A stretch of DNA of 48,000 nucleotides from Nostoc sp. NMS2 (GTDB taxonomy: Bacteria; Cyanobacteriota; Cyanobacteriia; Cyanobacteriales; Nostocaceae). Positions 28,001 through 38,450 of this stretch are shown here, one piece after another. Numbering within the stretch: position 1 is the stretch's first letter; every line of letters starts with the position of its first letter. The position numbers were made by a program, and so were the translations under genes. Under the pieces are notes generated by a model, which saw nothing but the letters and a program-made list of their open reading frames with translations, was not told the DNA's origin and made no database searches. The stretch is taken from assembly GCF_017115105.1 (NCBI RefSeq), contig NZ_JABXKH010000156.1, positions 1 through 48,000 of the forward strand, in the 5' to 3' direction.

Positions 28001-31000
28001 TGCATCAAGGGCGAGTGAAAGGCATGGGAGACTTTTAACCGTCTAGTTTCAATTCCTTCTGTTTCTAAGGCTGCAATGATTTTCTCTACTGACTGACGCA
28101 CACCGGAAATTACAATATTTTTCGGCGCATTAATAGCAGCGATCGCCACTTCTTGAGAATATGGTTGAATAATCGCTGCAATTCTGCCCTCATCGGCAAA
28201 TACAGCTACCATTTCCCCATTTTGGGGTAGTGTTTGGATGAGGCGCGCCCGCTCGGCAATTAACTTTAAACCATCTTCTAAACTGAAGACCCCAGCAACA
28301 CAAGCTGCAACATATTCACCCAAACTATGACCTACAACTACGTCTGGAACTATGCCCCAAGACTTCCATAACTGGAAGAGAGCATATTCTAGAGCGAATA
28401 AAGCAGGTTGAGTATAAGCTGTCTGATCTAGCAAAGAACTCTCTTGTGATGTAGGGTAGAGGACTGAGAGCAAAGGCTTTTCTAGATAGGGACGCAGAAT
28501 TTCATCACAGTAGTCGAGAGTTTGCCGGAAAGTGGGTTGAGTGTCGTAGAGTTGCCGTCCCATCTCAATATACTGGGAGCCTTGACCTGTGAATAGAAAT
28601 GCTATCTTCGGACGTTGTTTACTATCGAGTTGATTACTTACTAGTTTGCTAGTCTGTTTACCACTAGCAAAAGCATCTAATGTTTCTCGTAACTGTATTG
28701 TAGATTCAGCAGCGATCGCTAGTCGATGATCAAAATGCGATCGCCCGGTATTAGCTGTAAAGCAAATATCTGCAAGAGATGCTGCCGAATTACGTTCTAA
28801 GAATGTTTGATAACGCTGTACCAATTCCCGCAAAGCTGGCTTACTCTTAGCCGATAAAGTCAGAAGTTGCACAGGACGCTCGATTGCATCTATCTTTTGA
28901 ATTTTGAATTTTGAATTTTGAATTTCTAAGGGTGCTTCTTCCAAAATTACATGAGCGTTAGTACCTCCGAAACCAAATGAAGATATACTCGCTAACCGTT
29001 GTTGATGCTGTTGAGGCCATTTTTGGCGCTGAGTCGGAATTGATAATGGTGTGTTTGCTAAAGAAATATAAGGATTTAACTGCTTGAGATGCAAGTGCGG
29101 AGGAATTTCTCCATGTTGCAGAGATAGCACCACTTTAATTAAACCAGCAATACCAGCCGCCGCTTCTAAATGACCAATATTGGTCTTAACTGAACCAATG
29201 TAACAAAGCTGGTCTGGTGCTCGACCCTCCATCAATACTTCTTTTAAAGAATTTACCTCAATGGGGTCGCCTAAAGATGTGCCTGTGCCGTGAGTTTCTA
29301 CATAGTTAATTTGTGCTGGTTGCACCTTGGCGTTTTGGAGAGCCTGGCGGATGACTTGCTGTTGAGAAATGCCATTCGGTGCTGTTAATCCATTGCTGCG
29401 ACCATCTTGGTTAACCGCCGAGCCTCTAATCAAGGCAAGTATGTTATCTCCATCTTTTATGGCATCAGAGAAGCGTTTGAGCACAACTATTCCGCAACCC
29501 TCTCCCCGTACATAGCCATCGGCGCTAGAATCGAAGACTTTGCAGCGTCCATCTGCTGCCATCATTCGCGTTTGGGAGAAAGTAATAGTTAATTGGGGAG
29601 TCAGAATTAAATTTACTCCACCAGCTAAAGCTAATTGACACTCCCCTTGGCGTAAACTTTGGCAAGCCTGGTGAATTGCTACCAACGATGAGGAGCAGGC
29701 CGTGTCTACTACCCAGCTAGGACCTTGTAAGTCCAGCAAGTAGGATAAACGGTTAGCAGCAATACTTAAAGCGTTGCCAGTACCGTAGTAAGCATCAGTA
29801 CCAGCAGCATGATTAACTAGTAAGCGGGAGTAATCATAATTGCTAATACCAATAAATACTCCAGTTTGACTTTCTGCTAAGTGTGCTATCCGCCCGGCAT
29901 TCTCCAGAGCTTCCCAACTCACCTCTAGTAAAAGTCTTTGTTGAGGGTCCATAATCTCAGCTTCCCGTGGAGAAATCCCAAAAAACTGAGGGTCGAACTG
30001 ATCCACTTGTTCCAAAAAGCCACCCCAACGGGTGTTCATTTTACCAGGATGTGCTGGTGTTGGATCATAAAAAGTACTATTATCCCAACGTGATGAAGGC
30101 ACTTCTTGAATAGCATCAACCCCATCGCGCAAAAGCTGCCAGAAAGCCTCTGGATCTTTAGCACCTGGGAAACGGCAGCCAAGACCAATAATGGCGATCG
30201 CTTCAGTGGAAATGGGGAGTGGAGAAGAGATTTTCGTGCTTTCGTTGTGGACTAATAGATCATGATTGTCTAGCTTGGAAGTAGCTTCTACTCCTAAATG
30301 CTGGGCTATGTCTGTAATAGTGGGGTAATCGTAAAATATACTAGGAGCAAGCTGGCATCCCAAAAATTGCTGTAACTCACCAGAAAGCCTGACTGCTGCC
30401 AAAGAACCTAAACCATAGTCAGCTAATGGTTGGTGAATGTCTATCTGCTCTGGAACTACTTGCAGTTGCTGAGAAACCTTTGAGATTAACCAAGCTGCAA
30501 TCTCTTTTTGACTATGAGATTTATCTGAAGTAGCTGGTTGATGAGAATTTTTACTTTTGATAAACTTTGCTGACTGTGTAGTTGTTTGCACTTGTTGCAA
30601 CAATGATTTGACTTCTGTCTCTAAATGCCGGAATGTGGTTTTGTTTTGAGGATTAGCACACCAATCTGCAACTACATCTAAGCTGCCAGATAAAAACCCT
30701 TTCCTACAAGCGCTACGCTGAAGTTTACCACTGGAAGTTTTGGGCAGGCTAGCAGTCTTAAGCAGCAGTACCGCATAAACTTCTATATCGTGTTGTTGTG
30801 CTACTGCTTGACAAATTGCCTCAATTACCTGACTAGCGTTGAGCTTTCGCAGATAACTTCGTTCTACTTCTTGGACAATTACTAGCTTTTCTTGTCCCCC
30901 AATATCTACTGCAAATGCTGCTCCACAATTGGCTCTTAACGCTGGGTGAGACTGTTCTACAGTTTGCTCAATATCCTGGGGATAATGATTGCGACCTAAG

Positions 31001-32391
31001 ATGATGATTAGATCCTTTAATCGACCTGTGATAAATAGTTCACCATCTAGTAAAAATCCTAAATCTCCTGTACGCAGAAAAGGCCCTTCGCCGGTGTCTG
31101 CCAAATAAGCCTGAAATGTTTGCTCTGTTTGTTCTGATTGTTGCCAGTAACCCTGACTAACACTCGAACCTGACACCCAAATCTCCCCGACTTGATTGGG
31201 AACACACCGCGTTAGTGATTCTGGATGAGCGATCGCTATTTTTGTATCTAACCACGGATGTCCACAACCGACTAAATGTCTAGCATTGTGGTTGTCAAAA
31301 GAGGTCTTCACTACCCGATTTTGTTCGAGTGCATCTGCTTGAACTGCACAGTAAATTGGCTCGTCTTTGACTTTACCACCCGAAATCATCAGAGTAGATT
31401 CAGCCATACCATAACAAGGATAGAAGAAGTTAGGACAAAAACCGCAAGGCTGGAATGTGTCTGCAAACTGTTCTAACGTTTCTTTACGAACTGGTTCAGC
31501 ACCACTGTAAGCGCTGCACCAACTGCTTAAATCAAGGTTTTGTCGTTGTTCTGAGGTAGTACTTTTTACGCATAATTCATAACCAAAGTTCGGGCCGCCG
31601 CTGTGGGTAGCTTTGTAGCGCGAAATTGCCTGTAGCCATCTAATCGGTTGCTGAACAAAGGCTGTTGGTGGCATGACGACACCCAAGAAACCTGTATATA
31701 TGGGTTGCAGAATGCCGTCAATCAATCCCATATCATGAAAACTAGGTAACCACGTTACAGAAACGCTATCTGGTGTGAGTTCAAAGGCTTGTTTGATGTA
31801 CTCCAAATTGTGCAGTAAATTACCATGACTTACCATCACCCCTTTTGGCATTCCTGTAGAACCAGAGGTGTATTGCAGAAAAGCTAATGTATCTATGGTT
31901 AGTATTGGTTCTTGCCATGTACTCACCTGTTCGCTGGCCAGATTATCTGTTGTTAGCCACTTCATCCCTGCCAAGTCTAGATTTTCGGCAACGCGATCTT
32001 CTATGTTGGTCAATAGTTCTTTTGTAGTCAGAGTGATTGTTGCTTGAGCATCATTTATAATCGCCTGTAGCCTAGATATCTTCTGATTGCGTCGGGGAGG
32101 ATAAGCGGGAATTGCCACAACAGAGGCATACAAACATCCGAAGAAGGCAGCGATAAATTCTAGACTAGATGGATACAGCAGTAAGGCTCTGGAACCTGGA
32201 GTTACAAGAGATTTTAATTGAGTTGCAATCGCTTGAGCTTGTAAATCCAATTCTCGATAAGTCAAGCTTGAGCTTTCTGTTTCTCCATCTGCAAGAAAGG
32301 TAAAAGCTGTTTTATTGGGCTGGTGCAATGCTCTAAAGCGCAGCATATCTACAGGAGTAGAAAATTTAAAATCCCTTGAATAATCACTCAT
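22066..32391 (-). CDS. Hybrid megasynthase FAAL-ACP-KS-AT-ACP-aminotransferase-C-A-T (beta-amino fatty acid loading plus first amino acid)
   Basis: 3441 aa. FAAL is ~30637-32391 ([41 protein letters not shown]). ACP is ~30292-30519. KS is ~28927-30204 (DTACSSS with the Cys codon at 29695-29697, HGTGT, GHLE). AT is ~27712-28608 (GHSLGE, HAFHS). ACP is ~27127-27354 (GADSI). The class-III aminotransferase is ~25492-26754 (TYGKLIGGG). C is ~23992-25299 (HHIVVDGWS). A is ~22402-23964. T is ~22177-22389 (GGHSL). No KR, DH or ER motifs were seen. Confidence 0.95.
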   Translation of the reverse strand: MSDYSRDFKFSTPVDMLRFRALHQPNKTAFTFLADGETESSSLTYRELDLQAQAIATQLKSLVTPGSRALLLYPSSLEFIAAFFGCLYASVVAIPAYPPRRNQKISRLQAIINDAQATITLTTKELLTNIEDRVAENLDLAGMKWLTTDNLASEQVSTWQEPILTIDTLAFLQYTSGSTGMPKGVMVSHGNLLHNLEYIKQAFELTPDSVSVTWLPSFHDMGLIDGILQPIYTGFLGVVMPPTAFVQQPIRWLQAISRYKATHSGGPNFGYELCVKSTTSEQRQNLDLSSWCSAYSGAEPVRKETLEQFADTFQPCGFCPNFFYPCYGMAESTLMISGGKVKDEPIYCAVQADALEQNRVVKTSFDNHNARHLVGCGHPWLDTKIAIAHPESLTRCVPNQVGEIWVSGSSVSQGYWQQSEQTEQTFQAYLADTGEGPFLRTGDLGFLLDGELFITGRLKDLIIILGRNHYPQDIEQTVEQSHPALRANCGAAFAVDIGGQEKLVIVQEVERSYLRKLNASQVIEAICQAVAQQHDIEVYAVLLLKTASLPKTSSGKLQRSACRKGFLSGSLDVVADWCANPQNKTTFRHLETEVKSLLQQVQTTTQSAKFIKSKNSHQPATSDKSHSQKEIAAWLISKVSQQLQVVPEQIDIHQPLADYGLGSLAAVRLSGELQQFLGCQLAPSIFYDYPTITDIAQHLGVEATSKLDNHDLLVHNESTKISSPLPISTEAIAIIGLGCRFPGAKDPEAFWQLLRDGVDAIQEVPSSRWDNSTFYDPTPAHPGKMNTRWGGFLEQVDQFDPQFFGISPREAEIMDPQQRLLLEVSWEALENAGRIAHLAESQTGVFIGISNYDYSRLLVNHAAGTDAYYGTGNALSIAANRLSYLLDLQGPSWVVDTACSSSLVAIHQACQSLRQGECQLALAGGVNLILTPQLTITFSQTRMMAADGRCKVFDSSADGYVRGEGCGIVVLKRFSDAIKDGDNILALIRGSAVNQDGRSNGLTAPNGISQQQVIRQALQNAKVQPAQINYVETHGTGTSLGDPIEVNSLKEVLMEGRAPDQLCYIGSVKTNIGHLEAAAGIAGLIKVVLSLQHGEIPPHLHLKQLNPYISLANTPLSIPTQRQKWPQQHQQRLASISSFGFGGTNAHVILEEAPLEIQNSKFKIQKIDAIERPVQLLTLSAKSKPALRELVQRYQTFLERNSAASLADICFTANTGRSHFDHRLAIAAESTIQLRETLDAFASGKQTSKLVSNQLDSKQRPKIAFLFTGQGSQYIEMGRQLYDTQPTFRQTLDYCDEILRPYLEKPLLSVLYPTSQESSLLDQTAYTQPALFALEYALFQLWKSWGIVPDVVVGHSLGEYVAACVAGVFSLEDGLKLIAERARLIQTLPQNGEMVAVFADEGRIAAIIQPYSQEVAIAAINAPKNIVISGVRQSVEKIIAALETEGIETRRLKVSHAFHSPLMQPILDQFQHIASRIQFQAPCIPIISNLTGQMLPPGYIPDASYWRRHTCEAVRFMVGINTLFEQGYELFLEIGSKPILSTLGKRQQQGTATWLPSLVKGQDDWQVLLASLSTIYVQGIDVNWTGFDRDYSRHLLSLPTYPFQRQRYWIAEDSAIKQHNVKDLLHVGPSANFNSIGSNKDYSQNQPSLTSHSLPKAENLLIAENKISVNGVQPSQKRQDAIVSKLRCIVGDLLRVAPSEVKIHAHFLDMGADSIVLIDAIRNIENTYAIKITIRQLFEELTTIEALALYLDKNLSSEWAVTDSSPEPEVQDRQNGRQEQNIPETALEKIMMQQLQVMSQQLDVLRSNGLSSSNKLSALAHPTNVPLVHSDTARQKSQALFKVEAPKVRELSVQQQQHLEALILRYTNRTQQSKQRTQTYRPVIADRRSSTGFRLETKEMLYPIVGDRSLGSRIWDIDGNEYIDISMGFGVHLFGHRTPFVTEALEKQFQQGIQIGPQSKLAGEVAALICKLTGMERVTFCNSGTEAVMTALRLARAVTGRDKIVMFQDAYHGHSDGTLAIARTIDGKRQSVPMALGVTQNVVDDVLILPYGEPESLEIIKAFAHELAAVLVEPVPSRRPDLQPKTFLHELRQLTQAAGTVLIFDEVITGFRIHPGGAQAWFGINADIVTYGKLIGGGMPIGVVAGKAAYMDSIDGGMWNYGDESYPQTATTFFAGTFSKHPLTMAAAQAVLNHLITEGATLQQELNQRTSQLTTTLNAYFAQEDVPIKVVHFSSFFRFVLSGNSSYLYQPLELDLLFYHLIEKGVYIWEGRTCFLSTAHTDADIDYVIQAIQDSVEELRKGGFLLRRQEAEGRWSPSAVEVKGSTSATLSDRRQEAEGRWSPSAVEVRQQSSVSSQHSFEAAKDTQIVPLTEAQKQLWILTQIGDDGSLAYNVSLSLQLRGMFSLAAMHQAVQKVVDRHEAIRTVIDNQGEFQHILPFLKIDVPLIDFSDVDSYERESRVAEWFKKDSQVPLDLSQGPLFRIHILKLKEQLHLLVLTAHHIVVDGWSMSVILQEMGELYSAAYQGVICQLQPPMQFREYIEWQEQQSQTEAMAIHESYWLEKFGQSIPVLNLPSDRSRPAIKTYQGSRQTIRLDANLYRDLKKLNKEQGCTLFMTLLAVYTILLHRITTQDDLVVGIPSAGRSLEGSDRLVGYCAHILPIRSCVVGEAKFSEFLDNLKGLLLEAYEHHDYPFAKLLNQLRGGWDFSRSPLVTVTFNLERPVAVNMLGIETDLFWQPISSVDYDLNLNATEINGEIVLDCDYSTDLFDAATIERLLGHFQTLLKVIVAHPQQRISELPLLSASERHQLLVEWNHTQVDYPNNQCIHQIIAEQAKQTPEAVAIVFDNQQLTYRELNDRANQLAHYLQTLGVKPEVPVGICVERSLEMIVGLLGILKAGGAYVPLDPDYPQERLAYMLNDAQVSVLLTQKKLVKELPEHRADVICLDTDWQTISQQSQQNPVSEVAAENLAYIIYTSGSTGNPKGVMITHRNLVNAYMAWEDAYHLRSSCTSHLQMASFSFDVFSGDMVRALCSGAKLVICPREWLLEPEKLYNLLQQQQVDCAEFVPPVLRNLIQYLEKTEQNLSFMKLLIAGSDSWYVQEYQQFQKFLGAETRLINSYGVSEATIDSSYFESAAINLSADGLVPIGRPFANTKIYILDQNLQPVPIGVPGELYISGAGLARGYLNQPELTEQKFIHHCTLDTRLYKTGDRARYLNDGNIEFLGRLDHQVKIRGFRIELGEIESILTQHPAILQAVILVREDQPGNKRLVAYVVFQQSALTSNELRQLLKEKLPDYMIPYAFVQLDVLPLTPNGKINRWALPAPDPSQICLENNFVAPRTPTEEILADIWAEVLELEKVGIHDDFFEMGGHSLLATQLISRLREAFSIELPLRYLFESPTIAELAELLTAQQIEQAETNMLEQLLTEIDELSDEEVRQLLAE
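25348..25472. repeat. In-frame tandem duplication (two 47-bp copies, 78-bp period) of a dispersed-repeat sequence inside the megasynthase gene
   Basis: CACCTCGACTGCGCTCGGCGACCACCTGCCTTCTGCCTCCTGCCTCC occurs at 25348-25394 and again at 25426-25472. It translates as [16 protein letters not shown]([10 protein letters not shown])[16 protein letters not shown] in the linker between the aminotransferase and C domains. Confidence 0.95.
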
Positions 32392-33166
32392 TTTATTAGT
32401 TTAATCTTGTGAAAACTGCTATGTAACAGAGAAAACTCAATGTACAGTAACACTATAGTCTTTGAGTGTAAGTACCAAATAGTATAGCCACCTGGCACGG
32501 CTGCTAAAGCTTCATTTAGGGTATTGTAAACAAATCTTGAAAGCACATCACGATTGAATGATGTATTCTGAATCCCGCCAAACGATATTTTGTCTTTTCA
32601 AACTATCAAAGTACTATACTGCTGTTTACCTCCTATAAATAGTACCCTCTGGGGTAATATCAATAGCCAGGTAACCAGACCCAAAATTTGTCAGGGTTTG
32701 GAAGCATAAGCGAGGATTTTAGTGTCACTTAAAGGATAATGCGGCCGCAGTTGTGACTTAAAGGAAAAGATTTGTAGTTTAAAGGATAAGATGGTTTTTG
32801 GCAACTTTTGCCTCAAAGTAGTCTGGATCGTGTATGGAATAAATTTCTTGATATGCCTCCCAAGCATTAAACTTTGAAGCATTAATCCTATCTACAACCA
32901 TCGTATTTACTCTAAGGCTGTGATGTCAGAAACTAATGTCTGTACAGAAGATACTAATAGGATGTGGTTTTTGTACCTCACTCAACTGGGAACCGCTATA
33001 ATACTTAGTTTGCGGTTCTACCTGTTTTCGGTTTCTCTTGAGGTAAAGATAGACTGCTATAGTAGCTTGCTTAATGGATGCTCTCTTGTGACTATATAGC
33101 TGAGTAATTTTACAAGAAGTATATTATATACAATGAGTTGCTTCTGCCTGATAAGACAAGAAAAAT

Positions 33167-33952
33167 ATGTTATTGCAGCGTAAAGCCATTGCTACACCTT
33201 TTATAATTTGTGTGTCTATTTTAGGAATTGGCTTAATTCAATTCCCTCAATTGCAAACACTAATAGATAGCAAACAATCTGCCTCTTTAGAGACTCTGGA
33301 AAAAGAAATAAAATCAGAACATCTCCGTCTGAATTTCCTTCAAAAAATGCCTAGTTTTGGTTATGACAATTTAATTGCAGATTTAGTATATCTCAATTTC
33401 TTACAGTACTTTGGAGATGATGAAGTTCGGGATAAAACAGGTTACAGTTTAAGTCCAGAATATTTTGAAGTAATTTTAGAACGCGATCCGCGATTTTTAG
33501 CGGCGTATCGGAGTCTTTCTATCAGTACTTCATTATATGCTGCCATGCCAGAACGCACGATCGCACTATCAGAGAAAGGCTTAAAATCACTATCTCCTTT
33601 TGTCCCCGAAAAGTCTTATTACGTATGGCGTTACAAAGGAGTTGATGAGTTATTATTTTTAGGCAATGCTAAAGCTGCCCAAAAGTCTTTCGCAATGGCG
33701 GCAAACTGGGCTGGTAATTTTTCAGATGCAGAAAGTCAGCTTATAGCTTATACTTCCCAAAAAACTGCGGAATTTTTGAGTCGAAATCCTAACAGCAAAT
33801 ATGCTCAGATTGCTACCTGGGCAATAATTTTAAATAATCAAGTTGATGATAGAACTCGAAAACGAGCAGTTAGGAAAATTGAAGCTTTGGGAGGAAAAGT
33901 AATTACAACTTCTGAAGGTACTCATAAAATTATATTTCCTCCTAAAGATTAA
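33167..33952 (+). CDS. Hypothetical protein with N-terminal transmembrane anchor
   Basis: 261-aa ORF with an ATG start and a hydrophobic N-terminus (ATPFIICVSILGIGLIQF). The rest is helical and repeat-like. I recognise no catalytic motif. Confidence 0.6.
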   Translation: MLLQRKAIATPFIICVSILGIGLIQFPQLQTLIDSKQSASLETLEKEIKSEHLRLNFLQKMPSFGYDNLIADLVYLNFLQYFGDDEVRDKTGYSLSPEYFEVILERDPRFLAAYRSLSISTSLYAAMPERTIALSEKGLKSLSPFVPEKSYYVWRYKGVDELLFLGNAKAAQKSFAMAANWAGNFSDAESQLIAYTSQKTAEFLSRNPNSKYAQIATWAIILNNQVDDRTRKRAVRKIEALGGKVITTSEGTHKIIFPPKD

Positions 33953-34060
33953 ATTATTATTGTTCGCGGGTTGCTACAAGTGCAGTAGAGAATTATATGC
34001 ACCCAATTGTTTTAAAATTCCTCAAGCATGATTAGACGTCTTGTACAAATGCAAAATTTT

Positions 34061-34155
34061 CCCTCATCCCCCAACCCCTTCTCCCAATATTGGGAGAAGG
34101 GGAGCCAATTCAAAGTCCCTCTCCCAAACTTGGGAGAGGGATTTAGGGTGAGGGC
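34061..34155 (+). repeat. ~95-bp double-hairpin dispersed repeat (CTCCCAATATTGGGAG / CTCTCCCAAACTTGGGAGAG)
   Basis: Read directly from the sequence. An inverted copy at ~85% identity lies at 38309-38404. Confidence 0.9.
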
Positions 34156-34196
34156 TTTTAATTCATCCAAGAAGTCGATTGAGTAAGGTAATACTG

Positions 34197-34616
34197 ATGT
34201 TAATAAAATTGGCAGAGTTTGACTTTCAAATATTAGGGTGTTTTCCTATTATTTTCCAATTGCGCCCTCACCTTGAAGAAGCTAAGTTTATCGAACAAGT
34301 TCGATATCAAATGAAAGAAGGATATCAACTTGCATTCTTGGAACTAGAGGAGCAAGCTGTTGCAGTAGCTGGGTTTCGCATTTATACGTGTTTAGCATCG
34401 GGAAAGTTTTTGTACATTGATGACTTAATTGTTGATGAACTGAAGCGATCGCAAGGTTATGGTAAACAATTATTTCAATGGCTCATTGAATATGCAAGAA
34501 ATCATGGGTGTGAACACCTCAGTCTTGATTCTGGTGTTCAACGATTTGCAGCTCACAGGTTTTATCTCATGGAACGCATGAGCATTACAAGTCATCACTT
34601 TTCAATGGAGTTGTAG
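34197..34616 (+). CDS. GNAT family N-acetyltransferase
   Basis: Acetyl-CoA binding motif IDDLIVDELKRSQGYGKQLFQWLIEYARNHG. The track ORF begins at a TTG (34179). The ATG at 34197, preceded by AAGG, is preferred. Confidence 0.85.
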   Translation: MLIKLAEFDFQILGCFPIIFQLRPHLEEAKFIEQVRYQMKEGYQLAFLELEEQAVAVAGFRIYTCLASGKFLYIDDLIVDELKRSQGYGKQLFQWLIEYARNHGCEHLSLDSGVQRFAAHRFYLMERMSITSHHFSMEL

Positions 34617-34633
34617 ATACAAGCAATCTAGTT

Positions 34634-35431
34634 GTGACAAATAATATTTTTTGGTATGATGGCAAATTAATTAATTCCCAAACCATAGAATTAAACATTA
34701 ACGATTCGGGTTTGCTTTATGGGGCGACTATTTTTACAACGTTGCGGGTTTATGAGAACTCGCTAAATAGTAATTTAACTAATTGGCAAGCACATTGCGA
34801 TCGCTTACTTTTCTCAATCCAAACTTTTGGTTGGCAGCAACCAGACTGGAACCGTCTACGTCAAGGCGCTCAAATTCTCCTCGCACACTTCCCCGTTCTC
34901 AGAATTACCCTTTTTCCCGATGGACGAGAGTGGATAACAGGTAGATTTTTGCCACAAGATTTGACAGAAAAACAAAACAATGGTATAATATGCGCCGTCG
35001 CTAGATGGGAATTTTATCGCTCTCTCCCCTCTCATAAAACTGGAAACTATTTGAGTGCTTGGTTGGCAAAAACTAGCTTAGATGCTCAAGAAGCAATATT
35101 AGTTGATGCTCAAGGAAATTGGCTAGAAACAAGTACAGGCAACCTTTGGGGATGGTGCGATCGCAGCTGGTACACGCCGCCTTTGACAGCAGGAATATTG
35201 CCGGGAATTGTGCGATCGCAACTTTTAAACTGGTTACAAGACCACCAGCAGCCTGTGCAGGAAGAACCTTGGACGGTGAAGCTATTCCAGAGATTTGAAG
35301 CGATCGCCTACACTAATAGTGTCGTAGAAATTATTCCCATTCATACCGTTAATCAGCCTTCAGGGTCGCTACAATATAATCCCTACCACCCTAGCTTTCA
35401 GCAAATTAGGGAGCTTTTTGTAGCACGATAG
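34634..35431 (+). CDS. Class IV aminotransferase / aminodeoxychorismate lyase-like protein
   Basis: 265 aa with a GTG start. The N-terminal WYDGKLINSQ...INDSGLLYGATIFTTLRVY and the later ..LETSTGNLW.. are typical of fold-type IV PLP enzymes (PabC/IlvE family). Confidence 0.75.
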   Translation: MTNNIFWYDGKLINSQTIELNINDSGLLYGATIFTTLRVYENSLNSNLTNWQAHCDRLLFSIQTFGWQQPDWNRLRQGAQILLAHFPVLRITLFPDGREWITGRFLPQDLTEKQNNGIICAVARWEFYRSLPSHKTGNYLSAWLAKTSLDAQEAILVDAQGNWLETSTGNLWGWCDRSWYTPPLTAGILPGIVRSQLLNWLQDHQQPVQEEPWTVKLFQRFEAIAYTNSVVEIIPIHTVNQPSGSLQYNPYHPSFQQIRELFVAR

Positions 35432-35539
35432 CTACGCCACTTTGTTACACTTAAGATAAGTTAACATAATTCTTAATAATGACCTTTCCGAGCAGAGACG
35501 GTAAGCGATGGCGCGAAACATACAGGAGGATAGACCTTA

Positions 35540-37381
35540 GTGAATAAAAGATGGAGAAATGCAGGGCTGTACGCGCTGCTGTTTATTGTCGTCATTGCGC
35601 TGGGAACAGCATTTTTTGACAAACAACCCCAAAGCAGAGAGACATGGCGATACAGTCGCTTTATTCAAGAAGTTCAACAAGGCAGAGTAGAAAAAGTCAG
35701 TTTGAGTGCAGACCGTTCTACAGCACTGGTTACACCCAAATATGACCCAGCTAAACGGATTGTTACCTTAGTCAACGATCCAGATTTAATCAATACTCTG
35801 ACTTCAAAAGGCGTTGATATTTCTGTTTTGCCCCAAACCGACGAAGGATTTTGGTTTAAGGCACTAAGCAGCTTATTTTTCCCTGTATTGCTTTTAGTTG
35901 GCTTATTCTTCTTGCTACGTCGCGCTCAAAGTGGCCCAGGTAGCCAAGCGATGAACTTTGGCAAATCCAAAGCCAGAGTGCAAATGGAACCACAAACTCA
36001 GGTGACATTTGGCGATGTAGCTGGTATTGACCAAGCCAAATTGGAATTAAACGAAGTCGTAGACTTCCTGAAAAACGCCGATCGCTTTACCGCCGTTGGT
36101 GCAAAAATTCCTAAAGGTGTGTTGTTAGTTGGACCTCCTGGTACTGGTAAAACCCTCCTAGCTCGTGCTGTAGCTGGTGAAGCAGGTGTACCATTCTTCT
36201 CAATCTCCGGTTCGGAATTTGTGGAAATGTTCGTAGGTGTGGGTGCATCCCGCGTCCGCGATTTATTTGAACAAGCTAAGACCAATGCTCCTTGTATCGT
36301 CTTCATCGATGAAATTGACGCAGTAGGTCGTCAACGGGGTGCCGGTTTAGGTGGTGGTAACGATGAGCGAGAACAAACTCTCAACCAGTTGCTCACCGAA
36401 ATGGACGGCTTTGAAGGTAATACAGGCATCATCATTATTGCTGCTACCAACCGTCCTGATGTCCTAGATGCAGCCCTATTGCGTCCTGGTCGTTTTGACC
36501 GTCAAGTAGTGGTAGACCGTCCCGACTATGCCGGACGTAGCGAAATTCTCAAGGTACACGCCCGTGGCAAAACCTTGGCGAAAGATGTGGACTTGGATAA
36601 AATCGCCCGTCGTACCCCTGGATTTACTGGCGCAGATTTATCCAACCTGTTGAATGAAGCCGCAATTCTGGCAGCACGCCGGAATTTGACTGAGATTTCG
36701 ATGGATGAAATCAACGATGCGATCGATCGCGTATTAGCCGGGCCAGAAAAGAAAGACCGGGTAATGAGCGAGAAGCGCAAAACCTTGGTGGCATATCATG
36801 AAGCTGGTCACGCCTTAGTTGGTGCTTTAATGCCAGATTACGATCCGGTGCAGAAGATTAGCATCATTCCTCGCGGTCGTGCAGGTGGTTTAACTTGGTT
36901 TACCCCCAGCGAAGACCGGATGGACACTGGTTTGTACAGCCGCGCTTATCTGGAAAATCAGATGGCTGTGGCTTTGGGTGGTCGAATTGCTGAAGAATTA
37001 ATCTTTGGTGAAGAAGAAGTTACCACTGGTGCTTCTAATGACCTCCAACAAGTAGCACGGGTTGCGCGTCAGATGATTACCCGATTTGGGATGAGCGATC
37101 GCTTAGGCCCTGTTGCCCTTGGTCGTCAACAAGGTAACATGTTCCTGGGACGGGATATCATGTCAGAGCGTGATTTCTCTGAAGAAACCGCCGCCGCCAT
37201 TGATGAAGAAGTCCGCAAACTTGTGGATGTAGCCTATACACGCGCTAAAGAAGTGTTATTAGGCAACCGCCACATTTTAGATCAAATCGCCCAAATGTTG
37301 GTTGAGAAAGAAACGGTAGATGCTGAAGAGTTGCAAGAAATTCTATCGAATAACGATGTAACAACTGCTGCTTTTGCCTAA
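35540..37381 (+). CDS. ftsH: ATP-dependent zinc metalloprotease FtsH
   Basis: 613 aa with a GTG start 10 nt after AGGAGG. It has two N-terminal TM helices, Walker A GPPGTGKT, Walker [10 protein letters not shown], the [22 protein letters not shown] and the zinc motif HEAGHAL. It closely resembles Synechocystis FtsH3 (slr1604) as I recall it. Confidence 0.97.
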   Translation: MNKRWRNAGLYALLFIVVIALGTAFFDKQPQSRETWRYSRFIQEVQQGRVEKVSLSADRSTALVTPKYDPAKRIVTLVNDPDLINTLTSKGVDISVLPQTDEGFWFKALSSLFFPVLLLVGLFFLLRRAQSGPGSQAMNFGKSKARVQMEPQTQVTFGDVAGIDQAKLELNEVVDFLKNADRFTAVGAKIPKGVLLVGPPGTGKTLLARAVAGEAGVPFFSISGSEFVEMFVGVGASRVRDLFEQAKTNAPCIVFIDEIDAVGRQRGAGLGGGNDEREQTLNQLLTEMDGFEGNTGIIIIAATNRPDVLDAALLRPGRFDRQVVVDRPDYAGRSEILKVHARGKTLAKDVDLDKIARRTPGFTGADLSNLLNEAAILAARRNLTEISMDEINDAIDRVLAGPEKKDRVMSEKRKTLVAYHEAGHALVGALMPDYDPVQKISIIPRGRAGGLTWFTPSEDRMDTGLYSRAYLENQMAVALGGRIAEELIFGEEEVTTGASNDLQQVARVARQMITRFGMSDRLGPVALGRQQGNMFLGRDIMSERDFSEETAAAIDEEVRKLVDVAYTRAKEVLLGNRHILDQIAQMLVEKETVDAEELQEILSNNDVTTAAFA

Positions 37382-37432
37382 TTTAATTAGTAGTTAGGAG
37401 TTAAGAACAATTCCTAACTCCTAAGTGTCAAT

Positions 37433-37464
37433 AAAAGCCCGGTCTTAATGACCGGGCTTTTATT
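37433..37464 (+). terminator. Rho-independent terminator after ftsH
   Basis: Stem GCCCGGTC (37437-37444), loop TTAAT, stem GACCGGGC (37450-37457), then TTTTATT. A second hairpin TTAGGAGTTA/TAACTCCTAA lies just upstream (~37394-37424). Confidence 0.85.
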
Positions 37465-37780
37465 ATGGGGTTATATACCCCGAAGTTTCGTTATAGAGTT
37501 TCAGTATAAATCGCTTGTCTGATAGAGACTACCATCTGAGCATAATCAATTCCGGAAAATTAGAAAATTTTTTTAGATACACCCAAATCAAAAAGCGAGA
37601 ACTTTGACTTCAAAAGGAAAAAGATACAATCTAAGTAAGTTGGTAGAAATAAACCAAATTATGTTACGAAACGCAAACAGGCTTAAAGTCCTTACTAATG
37701 ACCAATACTTCGACTACGCTCAATACCAATTTGACAGAACTAGTGTTAAGAGTGACTCGATACTCAACCAGTCGCCAATC

Positions 37781-37999
37781 TTAAACTCTGGATGTCGGTT
37801 TCAAAAATAGCCACGCCACAAAGAATGTAGCCGCCGTGAATAGTTGCGTCAAATCTAAAGCCGATAGATAGCCATCCGCAAATGATGCAATACTGCGATC
37901 GGTAATGCCAAATACCCAGGATGACAGTCCAAACAGCCAAATCCCATTCTTGAGATTTCCGACGAATTGCTTAGAGTTTGATGGTTTTTGGTCTTTCAT
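37781..37999 (-). CDS. Possible small membrane protein (hypothetical)
   Basis: 72-aa ORF with an ATG and two hydrophobic stretches (GIWLFGLSSWVFGI, LFTAATFFVAWLFL). It has no recognisable family and only a weak RBS. Confidence 0.3.
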   Translation of the reverse strand: MKDQKPSNSKQFVGNLKNGIWLFGLSSWVFGITDRSIASFADGYLSALDLTQLFTAATFFVAWLFLKPTSRV

Positions 38000-38308
38000 G
38001 AGCTTATGTCCCGTTGTTGAGAAATTTGATGATTAATGCGAAATACCTGCCATTAAGAATTTTTTCCAACTCCTGACGTTGAATCCACACTGCCTATTAA
38101 TAATATTAATAAATATTTCGCCTGCTTGACTTAAATACCCAAAAGTACATCATCTAATGATGACATTCATCCTTTGGTTCTGCTACCTCTGATAGACGGC
38201 CATGAATCGAGTAGGGTAGCATAGCTGGCTGTCATTGCTGTCAACTTAAGTGAGAAGCCACTATTCAGATGTAATCTCAGAACATCTAAGTTGAGAACCG
38301 TAGTTTTC

Positions 38309-38404
38309 GCCCTCACCCTAAATCCCTCTCCCAGATATGGGAGAGGGACTTTGAATCTAGCTCCCCGAATCCCATATCTGGGAGAAGGGTTGGGGGATGA
38401 GGGC
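38309..38404 (-). repeat. Inverted copy of the ~95-bp double-hairpin dispersed repeat
   Basis: GCCCTCACCCTAAATCCCTCTCCCAGATATGGGAGAGGGACTTTGAATCTAGCTCCCCGAATCCCATATCTGGGAGAAGGGTTGGGGGATGAGGGC is the near reverse complement of 34061-34155. Confidence 0.9.
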
Positions 38405-38450
38405 ATTACATCATGGCTAGGAAACCTCCAGGGACTTCCAAGAAATAAAT

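Noticed and set aside
11134-32000. Many 60-110-aa ORFs inside or antisense to the MFS, NRPS and PKS genes (e.g. 12900-13085, 15836-16066, 17321-17512, 18214-18429, 20285-20866, 23359-23562, 29407-29592, 31276-31476)
   Set aside because: All are nested within long ORFs that carry continuous, ordered domain motifs. Such shadow ORFs are expected by chance in 5-10-kb genes.
32943-32955. GTACAGAAGATAC as a possible NtcA box in the cluster's upstream region
   Set aside because: The spacer is 7 nt rather than the required 8 (GTA-N7-TAC), so it does not fit the consensus.
32392-33166. Search for tRNA/ncRNA genes in the large spacers (also 37465-38160 and 42149-43524)
   Set aside because: By eye I found no cloverleaf-compatible acceptor/T-arm pairs or known riboswitch cores. 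This cannot be excluded without tRNAscan-SE or Infernal.
37604-37810. 68-aa plus-strand ORF downstream of ftsH
   Set aside because: It lies after a strong terminator, uses a non-ATG (TTG) start, has AT-rich low-complexity content and contains a dispersed-repeat core (37708-37721). It has no motif support.
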